Source: the human T2T-CHM13v2.0 reference genome, Homo sapiens
Strand: one strand, 5' to 3'
Length of the DNA: 64,000 nucleotides
Assembly: GCF_009914755.1 (NCBI RefSeq)
Contig: NC_060929.1
The translations under genes were made by a program, and so were the position numbers. This document shows positions 16,689 through 36,117 of the stretch, piece after piece (the first letter of the stretch is position 1; the number at the start of each line of letters is the position of its first letter). The notes beneath the pieces are model-generated. The model was not told the origin of the DNA and searched no databases. It worked only from the letters and a program-made list of their open reading frames with translations.

Positions 16689-16990
16689 TGGCTTGGCGCG
16701 GTAGCTCACACCTGTAATCCCAGCACTTTGGGAGGCCAAGGCAGGTGGATGGCATGAGGTCAGGAATTTGAGACTACCCTGGTGAACAAGGTGAAAGCCC
16801 ATCTCTACTAAAAATACAAAAATTAGCTGGGCATGTTGGTGGGAGCCTGTAGTCCCAACTACTCTGGAGGCTGAGGCAGGAGAATGGCTTGAACCTGGGA
16901 GGCGGAGGTTGCAGTGAGCCAAGATAGGGCACCACTGCACTCCAGCCTGGGCGACAGAGTGATACTCTGTCTCAAAAGAGAGAGAGAGAG
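16689..16990 (+). mobile_element. Alu with (AG)n tail
   Basis: Sense dimer in BHMT2 intron 4. Confidence 0.9.
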
Positions 16991-17920
16991 AATAGCCGCC
17001 ACCATTATTCCCCCTAGTGACCCCACTGAACTCTACTGAAAACCTTGCCTCATCCTCCTGCCCACGCCTGGCCAACCCCACTGGGAACAGTCATCTGCAG
17101 GGACAAGCACAAATTCCACCCTCTGTGCTTTCCAGATGGATGATGACACCACTCTGTTTGTTTAAGAACCCGTCTTTTGATTCTCTCATAATTCCTCACA
17201 CTGCTTCTGCAGAATTTGTTTCTAACTCAAGAGGGAAGAAACAGGAAGATTTCTGGCTTTTCTTTAGTTGCCTTAAGGTCAGCTTTTCAGCTGTGGCACT
17301 GAAGGGGCTTCCTGGGAAGCACCCAAGAAAATGACATGGGTTTACCAGACAAGATGTCCTGTCCACCACTGGCAAAGACAGGGAGTAGCTATTTCTCCTA
17401 TGCTGTGCCTCAATCTTCTCACCCGGGGAAATGGTGCTTCCCTTCCTACTTTATGGAGCACTTATGAATATCTAACTAGAAGTGAATATAAAAGCTCTTT
17501 GAACTATAACACATGATAAGCTACTCATTGTTTCAGAGATTACCCCAGTTTTATAAGAGATGAATCTAAAATTTATTAGCAAAACTTTTCCTCCTTCAAA
17601 ATTACAAAATTATGATTTTAAATACTCAATTACTTTGAAAACCTCTGGGTGTGTTTTCTTCTTTTTTACTAATAGGCATCATCTCACTGAATCAATGAAC
17701 CCTGAATGAAAAACTATATGTTATTGTTATAGGAATGAAAATGTTTACTCAGAAAGGTATTCTTTAGTCAGTCTGATAGACACACATTCCTTAGCAAGTT
17801 TTATTATGCATATGTTTATATTCTATTTGGTAATTTTTATAACTGTTTTGCTATATTTACCTTTACCATTCAAAATCTGCTTTATGTTTGGACCAGTAGA
17901 AAAAGTGACATTTCTCTTAG

Positions 17921-18068
17921 TATTTTGAGCACGTTGAAGAAGCTGTGTGGGCTGTGGAAGTCTTAAAAGAATCAGATAGACCCGTGGCAGTTACCATGTG
18001 CATAGGCCCAGAGGGAGACATGCATGATATAACCCCCGGAGAATGTGCTGTGAGGCTGGTGAAGGCAG
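17921..18068 (+). CDS. BHMT2: BHMT2 exon 5
   Basis: [49 protein letters not shown]; AG/GTAATT; 148 nt. Confidence 0.96.
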
Positions 18069-18303
18069 GTAATTTGGACCCATACCGTGATACACAGCTC
18101 AGTTGTTGCTTACGAAATTTAACAAAGTGTGCTTGATATTGTGAGAGCAGTTTGGAAATAGAAGAATGAACTCCAATCAGTTTTCTTATCTGTAAATTGT
18201 GGGAGGTGGAGGGGAATGGCTAACCTCTAAGGTACCTTCCAACTATTAAAAAAAAAGAATAAACAAATAAATAATAAAATGTAAGTGTTATTTCTTTGCA
18301 CAG

Positions 18304-18486
18304 GGGCTTCCATCGTTGGCGTGAACTGCCGCTTTGGGCCCGACACCAGCTTGAAGACGATGGAGCTCATGAAGGAGGGTCTTGAGTGGGCAGGGCTGAA
18401 AGCGCACCTCATGGTGCAGCCTCTGGGGTTCCACGCGCCTGACTGTGGCAAAGAGGGGTTTGTGGATCTCCCAGAATATCCCTTTG
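18304..18486 (+). CDS. BHMT2: BHMT2 exon 6 (GVNC zinc-ligand motif)
   Basis: [18 protein letters not shown]...DLPEYPF; AG/GTAAG; 183 nt. Confidence 0.96.
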
Positions 18487-18739
18487 GTAAGCTCAGGTGC
18501 ATAGTAGAGGTCCTTGTATTTCTCGTGACAAAATCCAAATGGCTATAATAAATTGTGGCCCAGTTTTACAATAAGAGACTGCATATGACAAAACATTCAG
18601 AGTTAACCAAAAATGAGCTATCAGAAGAATGCATCATCTAAAGTTTATAGTTTTTTTAATTGGAAAAACTGCTCATTAGAGCATCCATCATTTGAAAATG
18701 AGAACAGTAACAGAAATGCTGTTAACTATTGTGATTCAG

Positions 18740-18968
18740 GACTGGAGTCCAGAGTTGCCACCAGATGGGATATTCAAAAATACGCCAGAGAGGCCTACAA
18801 CCTGGGGGTCAGGTACATTGGCGGGTGCTGTGGATTTGAGCCCTACCACATCAGGGCAATTGCAGAGGAGCTGGCCCCAGAAAGGGGCTTTTTGCCACCA
18901 GCTTCAGAAAAACACGGCAGCTGGGGAAGTGGTTTGGACATGCACACCAAACCCTGGATTAGAGCAAG
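18740..18968 (+). CDS. BHMT2: BHMT2 exon 7 (GGCC zinc-ligand motif)
   Basis: [45 protein letters not shown]...KPWIRA; AG/GTAAG; 229 nt. Confidence 0.96.
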
Positions 18969-19125
18969 GTAAGCATTTTTAAATTAACATTCTTATTATT
19001 TTCCTTTAATCTCATTTTATTTATTGTTGTAAATGTCATGCATGCACATGACAAAAAGTATAGAAATGTATAAAGTGAAAAGTAAAAATTATCCCCTTCC
19101 TGATACCAGCTCCATTCCCAAAATT

Positions 19126-19808
<683 letters not shown>

Positions 19809-20509
19809 AGAGGAAACCTGTTTGTCATTTGTGTTTTGAAATCTTGTACCTCTATTTCTTTTGTCATCAGTTTTAAGTGGTAACTATTGATAACCCTTTA
19901 TGAAAGCTGAGGGATTTAAATCACATAGGCTTCCCCTTTTCCCCGTTCTCCTTTTTCCAGTTTTGATTCGTTACACTTTTATTTCTTCTGTTGGATATCT
20001 TTTTAAGTTAAAATTATATATTTAACCACCTGTTTCTTAGTTCATCAATATAAGGCAGGAATCTCTTGACTCCACTCTCTGTAAAATAAGAATAGATTCC
20101 CCTCTGCTTCTTTCCACCTTCCCTCTCTCATCTACCCCTTGGTGTCTTTAAGTTTTACCATACTTTACTATCATCAAGGTTTATAACCATTTTGTTCTAT
20201 TCTATAGTTATAATTGTCTTTCAAGCTTTCTCTGTAGGTTGATCCTAAAAATATAAAATCAGTGAATAACATTTACAATATTATTATAATTGTTATATTA
20301 AACAAGCAGGACTCATGAGACATAATTAGAATTCACTTTTATTTTTGTCTCCCTCTATCCCTTTAAACCTACTCAATGAATTCCTTCGTTTGTTCCTACT
20401 TGAAAATACTGACCAGCTCTAGAACTTCTCTGGGTGCTCTTAGGCAATGGAAAGTTCCATAATCACTTTATTTCACAGATAGTCTCAGTTCAGTAATTAA
20501 AAGTGTTTA

Positions 20510-20835
20510 GGACTGGGCACAGTGGCTCACGCCTGTAATCCCAGCACTTTGGGAGGCCGAGGCTGGTGGATCACCTGAGGTCAGCAGTTCAAGACCAGCC
20601 TGGCCAACATGGCAAAACTTCATCTCTACTAAAAATACAAAAGTTAGCCTGGCGTGGTGGCGGGAGCCTATAATCCCAACTACTCGGGAGGCTGAGGCAG
20701 GAGAATCGCTTGAATTCAGTGGGGTGGAGGTTGCAGTGAGCCAAGATTGTGCCACTTAACTCTAGCCTGGGCAATAGAGCGAAACTCCATTTCAAAATGA
20801 ACAAACAAAAAAACCCCAAAAATAAAAAATAAATA
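20510..20835 (+). mobile_element. Alu
   Basis: Sense dimer in BHMT2 intron 7. Confidence 0.9.
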
Positions 20836-22104
20836 AAAGTGTTCAGGTTCATGTCAAATCAAAACTCAGAGCATGTTTGAAACTTGAAGCTTCTCCCTTT
20901 GTCCAGCAACAGCCTTCCACAGACAGGAAACCAGGAGAGGCCAGCGCGCTGCTTCTCTTTCTCTGTTATGCTCCCAAACTTCCCTTCCCATCTTGCTACC
21001 ATGGTTTCTGGCCTCCTCAGATTCAAAGTAAGAAGAAAGAGGATGGATAAAGGAGTAAGACTGTTGTTGCTTGCCTGGCACCCTGATAGGAAGCCGGCAT
21101 CCTCTGACCCTGGCAGATCTTTGTGAGCACGCTCATGGGTCTTCAGAGGCTCCCACTGGAAACTTTTGTCTGTACTTCTCATGCCACAGGCATTTTTCTG
21201 ACTGTGACTTCTGCCTCAGACAGTGGCTTTTTCAACCAGGTCACTCCAGATATACTCTGATTTGGGGGTCCTGTTGTCCTCCCCGGTAATTCTCTTGGGC
21301 CAGATTTTAGATAGTTCAGGCTGGCTCTCTCACTCTCATTAGGCTCAAAACAGCTTTCACCCTTTCTGCAGACAAGCCATGAGAGTGTGGTCTGACCCCA
21401 ATTTAACAGCACCCCTTTTGCCCACAAGCAAAGTAGCTGGCCCATTGTTCTCTTGTGGTCCAGATTTTCCAGGGGACAGTCAAATGAGTCATCTGGCTGG
21501 TTCGTGGCCACCTCCTTTTAACTTCTGTGCAGTGTCTGTCTTGCAACTCCCCTTGATACCTAAAATCCATCATGCCTTGGTGTTTCCAGTCAAACTTCCA
21601 ATCTAATACTCTGTTGCAGGAATAATAGAAAATTGTTGCATTTAGAAAAACGTTCACTGCAGAACAAAGTAGTATGCATGGGACCATGGATAAAGAGAAA
21701 TAATCCTATTTACAAAACTTGAGCTACTTGTTGGAGAATGTTCCAAGCATCAAGGTCAAATGAATTTTCTTCTCTTGCATTCCCGTGGATATATTGTCCA
21801 AATCCATGCCATATTTCAATTTGCTTCATACTTGGTCTGACTTTCTTTGTATAGCCTTTGGTTTTCTAGGGATTTCTGATTAACTTCCTTTTCCATTGTT
21901 GAAAGAAAAATAACAGGGCTTCACTTTCCCTGAGGTCTTATAATTTCTAAATTATATTGTTTGTTACAGTAAGTCACTTTATTATTGAAGGCATTTTTCT
22001 TGGGGCCTCAAGAAAATTACTGTTCTGTTATGGATCATTGTATTTCACACACACACACTCATACTCTGTCTCTCTCTATCTTTCCATATAGATAATCTTT
22101 TGTG

Positions 22105-22110
22105 TATGTA

Positions 22111-22157
<47 letters not shown>

Positions 22158-22165
22158 GTATGTAT
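22105..22165. repeat. (TG)n(TA)n microsatellite
   Basis: Direct reading. Confidence 0.9.
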
Positions 22166-22931
22166 ATCTGTTGATATAATTCCATCCCCCTTCCATCTTC
22201 TAGAACTAGTCACAATCTCTGCTGTCTTCTCTCTGTTCAGTACTCTCATGTACTTCACCCATTTTGTGCTTATTTATTCATTTCAGTGGGATTTGAAAGT
22301 CTTCATTTTTGAACTGGAAAAATTTGCCTAATGCAAATTTACTTAGGTTGTAAAAGTAGGCAAGAATCACTTAGCCAAAGCTTTCTTCTAGGAGATATGG
22401 ATATTTACCAGAGAAGATGTTTTGTATATGTGTCATACTTTTTAAAAAGTATTAAATATAAATATAATTAAAAGGTGAGGAAAACATACTTTGGTGATGA
22501 TTAAAATAGTTTAAATAAGTGAGTAGTTTATTTAATTATCATCTGCTAGGAATCCTTAAAATTCATTAGCTATTAGAATTAAAACATTATTCTGTAGACC
22601 AAAGCAAGAAGACACCCTTTTTACCCTGACTCCCAAACCTACTGATATTCACAGAAATTTATGATTACACAATAAACACTAGATTTCTGACATCTCATCA
22701 TCCAAAAATATTGATTTATTCATTGTTTTGTAAGTAAAGTGGAAAAAACAATAAAAATATATTCATCAGAAAGGGCTACGACCAGGGACCTTTGTACTCT
22801 TCTTCCTTTGTCTAACAACAAGAAACAAATATTGGTAAAGTAATTTGTATTATTTTCTTAGTTACTTTTTGGAGAATTATACTTTGACTCATTACATTAA
22901 AAACTGTTCTCGTATTCTTCTCATTACATTA

Positions 22932-23358
<427 letters not shown>

Positions 23359-23466
23359 TTATTGAAATGTAAGAAAGGCCCCTGGCATTAATGGATATGG
23401 ACACAGTTTTCCGTCTGTATGTTAAAACAAAAGTTCTGCTTTAGCCTGATTATCCACCAAGTTTTG

Positions 23467-23468
<2 letters not shown>

Positions 23469-23504
<36 letters not shown>
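23469..23504. repeat. (TG)n microsatellite ~95 nt upstream of BHMT2 exon 8
   Basis: Perfect TG run. Confidence 0.95.
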
Positions 23505-23505
<1 letters not shown>

Positions 23506-23598
23506 TTATATACATATACATACATATATACATATATGACATATTGGACTTATAGGTAAGACTTTTAATTAATTAATTATGTATATATTGAAACACAG

Positions 23599-23680
23599 GG
23601 CTCGAAGGGAGTATTGGGAGAATCTGCTGCCAGCTTCAGGCAGACCTTTCTGTCCTTCGCTGTCAAAGCCAGACTTCTAA
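23599..23680 (+). CDS. BHMT2: BHMT2 exon 8, coding part to stop
   Basis: (R)[29 protein letters not shown]. The eight exons sum to 1092 nt = 363 aa + stop. Confidence 0.95.
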
Positions 23681-24209
23681 GGAGTAGTGAAAGAAAACCC
23701 TGAAATAATCGAACAGGAAAAAGTTGCCCTCAAGCCTGACCTGGAACCGTTCCTCACCTTCATCCTCACCATGCCCTGCTATCTCCAGCTGCTGAGCAGC
23801 TGAGGTGCTGCAGCCCCTTCCCTTCCAGCCCACAAGTGTGTGCATATTGAGCTCCTGCTGTGGTTAAGCACTGCAACAGACTCTACCAGAGATGCAAAGA
23901 GAAGCGAGAGAGGCACCTTGTTCTCCAAGAACTTACTGTCCAATCATGCTGTGGTGCATTCCTTTGAAGATCATGAAGAATAGCCAAACTTGTCTTTGAG
24001 GGTGAATTTGACACTTTAAAATAATCAGAAGTCACTGAGACCCAAAGCTAGTGAATAATTCAAGTGACTAAGCTAGATACTTGAGGATGATAGAGCAACA
24101 CTAAACTAAAGCAATGAGTCTGCTTTTTTTAATGATTTATACAATGACTCCAAAGGCAATCCCAAAGAAAAGATGTAAAGAATGTTTTGAGCAATGGTAG
24201 CATTATTGA

Positions 24210-24215
24210 AATAAA
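24210..24215 (+). terminator. Candidate proximal BHMT2 poly(A) signal
   Basis: AATAAA ~530 nt after the stop, upstream of the first 3'UTR Alu. Confidence 0.45.
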
Positions 24216-24244
24216 TGTTTAACTATCCAAAGTGATTACTTTCA

Positions 24245-24604
<360 letters not shown>

Positions 24605-24750
24605 TCATAATCATAGGTAGCTAGGTTATAAACTATTTAAAGACAAGATCACGTGATAAGCTTATAATCTTCTCATAATTCCCCTTACTTAGCATTGTGT
24701 TAGACATACTAATAGGTGCACAGTGAAATACTTATTGTTGATTGTTTAAA

Positions 24751-24756
24751 AATAAA
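24751..24756 (+). terminator. Candidate middle BHMT2 poly(A) signal
   Basis: AATAAA between the two 3'UTR Alus. Confidence 0.5.
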
Positions 24757-24789
24757 GTTTTAGAAAACCTTTTCAAAAGTCAGAGTTTA

Positions 24790-25059
<270 letters not shown>

Positions 25060-25152
25060 TCAAATCTATTTTGGTCTTATATCTTCTTATGTTTGTGTTA
25101 TTTCATGTGTGCCAGTTTCTCTTTTTTTCACAACAATTTATCAATTTGTGGC

Positions 25153-25158
25153 AATAAA
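25153..25158 (+). terminator. Candidate distal BHMT2 poly(A) signal
   Basis: AATAAA followed by T/GT-rich sequence (tagtgtttgaatgtc). Confidence 0.55.
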
Positions 25159-26575
25159 AATGATTTACCTTTTATAGTGTTTGAATGTCGAAAATGTCAT
25201 GAACATTCTTTGGAATAATACTAGCAAATATTTATTACTCACTATGTCGCAGTCTTTGTTCTAAAGATGATCTCATCTACATATACCCCCCAACAGGGAT
25301 TCAAAATTAGATAGTGTTTAACACAGTAGTTTACAGGTAAGGAAACTGAAGTTTAAGGAGGCTAGGTAACTTGCCTGAGGTCACACAACTAGTAAATGTG
25401 AAATTAGTAAATTTGGATTTGAACCCATGGGGCTGGCTCTAGAATCCATGCCCTTAGCTACTGCACTACACGGCATCTGTCATGCACACAGCTGCTGCTT
25501 TTTGTCAAAAATCTATCCAAATTTTTCTGTCGCTGGATTCAAAGTATTTTTTATCAACTTTCCTTATTATGAATTAACTCTTCAAACCTGCCATGACTGT
25601 TTCTGTAATGTTGACAACCTGGAATTTATTTGATATAGCCACTTTACCCATAATACACAACCCCACCCTGCTGGAAATTAGAAAGTGAATCATTTACTAT
25701 TATCTCAAGGCCTTTGGGGTCCTTAAGGGTGACTAATCCAAACCACCAATTAAATACCTGAATATCCTCGCCAGCATCTTCATCAGGACCATCCAGTCCC
25801 TGTTTGAATCCCTTAAATAGTAACTCACTACCTCTCGAGATCACTTACTCCTTTTTAAGAAACACTTCATTCTCTGGAAAGTTATTCCATGTATTAACTA
25901 GAAATCTATTTATTAATGACCCTCACCTGCAGACTTGGAGCACCTAAAGTGCAAATTTATAATTTCTTCCATATAACTCTTTGAAATTTAAAGATAGCTG
26001 TATGGCTTTCCTATACTTACTTGTCCTCATTTCCTTCAACTAAAAGGCATAGGCTAAGATGTGCTTTGTCAAATCTACCTGTGTGACACTGTACAGTTAC
26101 TTAAGCTTTATGCCTTAATTTCCTCATCTGTAAAATGAGGGTAAAATAGAACCATCCTTATTAGGGTGCTATGAGGATTAAATGAGATAAGTTTCTTAGA
26201 AACAGTGCATGTCGTATAACAGGCATTCATTGCACATTATATAGTATAATATAATTATGTTGACTTGGTTTCCAATCCCCTCATCCTCATGGTGACTGTC
26301 TTCTGGGAACACTCTGGTACCAAAGCCTCTGCTTATTTTTAGTATGTAGTCCTGAACACCACATTCCAGGGGAGGACCGTTTACACAATATCTCCTGCTT
26401 GCTTCATAGATTTTGTGGAGAGGGCAGTGCAGGACATCATGAGAATAGCAAGAGTGAAGAAGGTACATTAGGAGGGAGAGATGTCTCCACACCGAATCCC
26501 TTCCTTGGGTCTGCACCAGCACAAACAAAGGCTTTTATCTAGTTACTGTACAGTTTAGGTGTGCTAAACTGTATA

Positions 26576-26830
26576 GGAGTTTGAGACCAGCCTGGGTAAC
26601 ATGGCAAAACTCTGTCTCTACAAAAAAATACAAAAATTAGCTGGGCATGGTGGTGCATGCCTATAGTCTCAGCTAGTCAAGAGGCTGAAGCTTGAGCCCG
26701 GGAGGTCGAAGCTGCAGTGAGCTGTGATCACACCACTGCACTCCAGCCCGGGTGACAGAGCAAGACCTTGTCTCAAAAAAAAATAATAAAATAAAATAAA
26801 ATAAAAATAAAAATTAAGAAAGAAAAAAAG
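26576..26830 (+). mobile_element. Alu, 5'-truncated
   Basis: Right arm plus A-rich tail. Confidence 0.85.
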
Positions 26831-29722
26831 ATAAATTTTACCATATAAAAACTTTAAATGTATGAACACTCACACAAAAATACTCTAAACAAAGGCAAAG
26901 GCAAATAGGAAAACTGTGTAACAGAGGTCAGAAACCACTCTTCCAGTAAAGGGGTCTTGAGCTGCTTTTGTTCAAACCTCCCCGAACCCAAACAGATGTT
27001 GTGAGGGGGGCTCGCCTATGTGATTGGCATTCAGAACCCCACTCCACTCCATTTTCTTGGGCTTACAGGTATTATGAGAGGACAGTGTACCCAGCTGGGA
27101 CCAAGCAAAGCCTTGGGGTCAGCACTAGCATCAACACCATCAGCCATGTTGATGGTCACTGTTTCAGGTGTAGGATATGAGGTTGTGGATCAGGTGCCCC
27201 AGGAAGCACAGTGCACCTCGTGGAGATGATGTGAGGGCCAGGTCGTTGGATCTACAGGCACTGACACAGAGCTCGGACAGTTTCTGAGCATTCATATGTT
27301 ATCCCGTAACATGGTACCTGCCAGCCCCACTTGACTCTTTCCTTCCCAAGAAGCAGGTCCTCTCCCTTGTTGGGCAACTTCTGGGGATTGATGGTCAGCT
27401 CCTGTGCGCCCCCACGTGCACTTTGTACTGCCTCCTCCCCACCTCCCTCAATCCCCACAACTATGTAAGGTTTTCAGAAAAACTTTCTTTTCTTCATATG
27501 TTATTATAATAGGACATCACTCCAAAAGCAATAGGAAAGTGAAGTCCTCTTTTCTCAATGGCATCCTTATTAGAGGTGGGGAAATATTTGCCTTATATCT
27601 TTCCAGTGCTGGGAAAAAAGGGTGGGGGGAACAGAATAACACAATCTGAGTACTAATATCCTGCCACACATATTTGCATACATTTGATAAGCTAAGGGAT
27701 AGTTTCCTTAATCTATAAATTAGGAAATAATTACCTTAATCCATTAAATATAGAAAAAGATAAACACATTCAAAATTAGGTAAATGCACAGCAAAGTGAC
27801 GAGATACCTTTTTTCACCTATCATCAACTAGGATCAATAAGTGGATAATATGTCAATGAGGGTGCAGGGGAAAAGACTTTCTCATACATATGCTTTTTGT
27901 AGAAGCATAATCTGGTACAAACTATTTGGAAAGTAATTGGTCCATATTTACAAAATTTAGAATTCACATGCCCTTGGATGAGCAATTTTACTTCTAGGAA
28001 TATAATCTGCAATTATGTTCATATATATGCAAATATGTATGTCTGGAAACCACCTAAATATCCATCAATGACATATTAGTAAATGAATTATGGAACATCT
28101 ACAGGATGTTAAAGCATGGCATCATTACAAAGAGTACATTATATCAATATGTGCTAAGATGGAAGGATCTCCTCCATATATTGTTAAATGAAAGTATGCT
28201 CCCATTGTGTGTACATAGAATATTTCAGGAAGGAATATCTCCCTCCTAGGGGAGAAAGACTGGTGATAGAAAGTGTGGTGTAGGAGGAAGACTTCCTTTT
28301 CTCTGATGCCCTTCTTTAGTGTCTACATTTGTTAATATGGTTTGGTATTACTTTTTCTACAAAATAAATTAGTTTTAAAACATATGTCAAGATTTCTGAT
28401 TCCAAGGGGAAAAATCAGATAACATGAGTTTCCTGTTGTGATACAGAATGGGAAACGCTACATTACCAATGATGTACACCAGCCAGAAGTGCCTGGGGGA
28501 ATCTAATCAAGCCTTTAGATTTCACTTCCAGTTCAGTGAAATCAAGGGATATAGGAACAAGGTAAACACCACAATCAGGTGAATCCTATATTCTACAGGC
28601 TGGCTGGCCTGGTCTTTTCCACAGGTCATTGTGTTGGAGTTGCTCATCTTTATATGACAAACCAATGCAATGCATGGTCCTGGTTGAGACAAACTGGCTA
28701 TAAGAGGTCTTTTGGGAACAACTGGGCAAATTTGACTAAGGAATCAGGTTAATTTTGGCAATGCAGGAAAATGTTCTTAATTTCTGGAAATAATGCAATT
28801 TTTTAAAATGCATACTAAATGTTGATTACTATTTATAATTTATGCTAAATATTTTAGAATATAAAAAGGAGGCGTTTTTAAAAGGCAAGATTTCCACAGG
28901 TTTTGATTTTGTAGGGGGAAATTAAGGAGAAGGTAATTGTCTGCCAAAAAAAAACAGTGCAATTAAGAAAAACTGGCTTGAACTAGCTCTTTCCAGTTCT
29001 ACAGCAGATGTTTGCTGTACTGGAGTTATCAAGAAGAGCAGATGGCCCTCTGATAAACCCTGCTGTGCATAGACTCAGCAATGCAGACCAGCAAATAGCT
29101 GGCATGGAAACCAACTGAAAGGGATCGAAGAGATTTGTTGAAACTAGGGGCGAGGGTCAGCTGGAAAAACAATTCCTGCTTTGCAATGATCACAGCCATG
29201 ATTTGATACTTTATGCAAAATCATAAACAAAGTTAAGCAACTCACTTTGGCTGTACAGTCAGCTGCCTTGAAGGTGAGCACATATTTTATTTAATCAGTA
29301 ATGAAAATCCTGAAAAGAGTTGCAGAAGGGTGCAATTTTGCCTCATATCAGTGTTGTTTTGTGAAAGGATTTTGAGAAAAGTAGATGGGGCATGCTAGTG
29401 GTGCTATTGCTGGCAGTCACGTTTCATTTATAACCTCCATTATTTATCTGGAGCACAGAGGTGGGAAGAGGAGAGAAAGAGAAATAAAAGTTGTATTTTC
29501 CATGATACAGGTGCAGATGAGCCCGCCTTTCAAAATAGTGAAGTTGGAGGAGAATCTTTTCATCTGGTGGTGGCAACTCACCTCGAGGGTTCTGTGCTTT
29601 CATAACTAATCATGTTCAACCATTTTTTAATTTATTCACTCATTCAATCACTCATTCATTCACTGTTCAAATAACATTTATTTAGTGCTTGACTATGATA
29701 GTCACTCTTATATGTTCCATAG

Positions 29723-30144
<422 letters not shown>

Positions 30145-30582
30145 TGAAAACATCTTGTTAGTTGTTGTATTCTCAGCATCCGGCACATTATAGAACTCAA
30201 AAAAAAATTGTTGAATGAATGAATAAGTAAATGAATGTACAAACCATGCTAAGGTCAAAGGATGCAAAGATGAATAAGCCACTCTCTTATGTTGCCTTGC
30301 TGAATCCTCTTGTCAAAAGTATTTTGAAGAACACGCACATGGTGTAGGACAGACCAGCATCAGATTGTGCTCTTTTAAAGAAGCTGAAGTTGAAGAGACT
30401 GGAAGGAGGAAATGGGGGGCATCAGAAAGTGAAATGGCAGGCTGTGCAAACAGAATGGCTCAGGGGGCAACCCTGAGAAGGCCCAGACCAGAGTAGATGA
30501 GGAAGCATTTAGGACAGAGGAGAGAGTTAGGACTCAGGGTCATTAGCAATAGACAAAAGTGCACATTCAAAAATGCATCATT

Positions 30583-30907
<325 letters not shown>

Positions 30908-31215
30908 TTAATGTCTTAAAAAAGTAAAACCAACACAAGCATTTTAACTGTTCAACTAAAACATGAGTGTGGGATACACTATTTCAAACCGCTTTTTTTT
31001 TAAATTATTATTATTATACTTTGTTTTAGGGTACATGTGCACAACATGCAGGTTTGTTACATATGTATACATGTGCCTTGCTGGTGCGCTGCACCCACTA
31101 ACTCGTCATCTAGCATTAGGTATATCTCCGAATGCCATCCCTCCCCACTCCCCCCACCCCACAACAGTCCCCAGAGTGTGATGTTCCCCTTCCTGTGTCC
31201 ATGTGTTCTCATTGT

Positions 31216-35037
<3,822 letters not shown>

Positions 35038-35100
35038 TATGATGTTAGCTGGTGATTTTGCTCGTTAGTTGATGCAGTTTCTTCCTAGTCTCGACAGTCT

Positions 35101-36117
35101 TTACATTTTGGCATGATTTTGCAGCGGCTGGTACCGGTTGTTCCTTTCCATGTTTAGCACTTCCTTTGGGAGCTCTTTTAGGGCAGGCCTGGTGGTGACA
35201 AAATCTCTCCGCATTTGCTTGTCTGTAAAGTATTTTATTTCTCCTTCACTTATGAAGCTTAGTTTGGCTGGATATGAAATTCTGGGTTGAAAATTCTTTT
35301 CTTTAAGAATGTTGAATATTGGCCCCCAATCTCTTCTGGCTTGTAGAGTTTTTGCCGAGAGATCCGCTGTTAGTCTGATGGGCTTCCCTTTGAGGGTAAC
35401 CCGACCTTTCTGTCTGGCTGCCCTTAACATTTTTTCCTTCGTTTCAACTTTGGTGAATCTGACAATTATGTGTCTTGGAGTTGCTCTTCTCGAGGAGTAT
35501 CTTTGTGGCGTTCTCTGTATTTCCTGAATCTGAATGTTGGCCTGCCTTGCTAGATTGGGGAAGTTCTCCTGGATAATATCCCGCAGAGTGTTTTCCAACT
35601 TGGTTCCATTCTCCCTGTCACTTTCAGGTACACCAATCAGACGTAGATTTGGTCTTTTCACATAGTCCCATATTTCTTGGAGGCTTTGCTCATTTCTTTT
35701 TATTCTTTTTTCTCTAAACTTCCCTTCTCGCTTCATTTCATTCATTTCATCTTCCATTGCTGAAACCCTTTCTTCCAGTTGATCGCATTGGCTCCTGAGG
35801 CTTCTGCATTCTTCACGTAGTTCTCGAGCCTTCGTTTTCAGCTCCATCAGCTCCTTTAAGCACTTCTCTGTATTGGTTATTCTAGTTACACATTCTTCTA
35901 AATTTTTTTCAAAGTTTTCAACTTCTTTGCCTTTGGTTTGAATGTCCTCCTGTAGCTCAGAGTAATTTGATTGTCTGAAGCCTTCTTCTCTCAGCTCGTC
36001 AAAGTCATTCTCCGCCCAGCTTTGTTCCATTGCTGGTGAGGAACTGCGTTCCTTTGGAGGAGGAGAGGCGCTCTGCTTTTTAGAGTTTCCAGTTTTTCTG
36101 CTCTGTTTTTTCCCCAT
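35101..36117 (-). CDS. L1 ORF1p, full-length 338-aa open frame
   Basis: MGKKQSRK...QNHAKM. ARR and YPAKLS motifs intact; REKG reads RQKG. Confidence 0.9.
   Translation of the reverse strand: MGKKQSRKTGNSKKQSASPPPKERSSSPAMEQSWAENDFDELREEGFRQSNYSELQEDIQTKGKEVENFEKNLEECVTRITNTEKCLKELMELKTKARELREECRSLRSQCDQLEERVSAMEDEMNEMKREGKFREKRIKRNEQSLQEIWDYVKRPNLRLIGVPESDRENGTKLENTLRDIIQENFPNLARQANIQIQEIQRTPQRYSSRRATPRHIIVRFTKVETKEKMLRAARQKGRVTLKGKPIRLTADLSAKTLQARRDWGPIFNILKEKNFQPRISYPAKLSFISEGEIKYFTDKQMRRDFVTTRPALKELPKEVLNMERNNRYQPLQNHAKM

Noticed and set aside
18692-18982. Alternative-frame ORF in exon 7 apparently conserved in both paralogues (also 62864-63106)
   Set aside because: The match follows from the near-identical nucleotide sequence and is not independent evidence of dual coding.
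26950-27450. GC-richer stretch resembling a processed pseudogene fragment
   Set aside because: No recognisable protein in the frames I read and no poly(A)/TSD. A BLASTX search would settle it.
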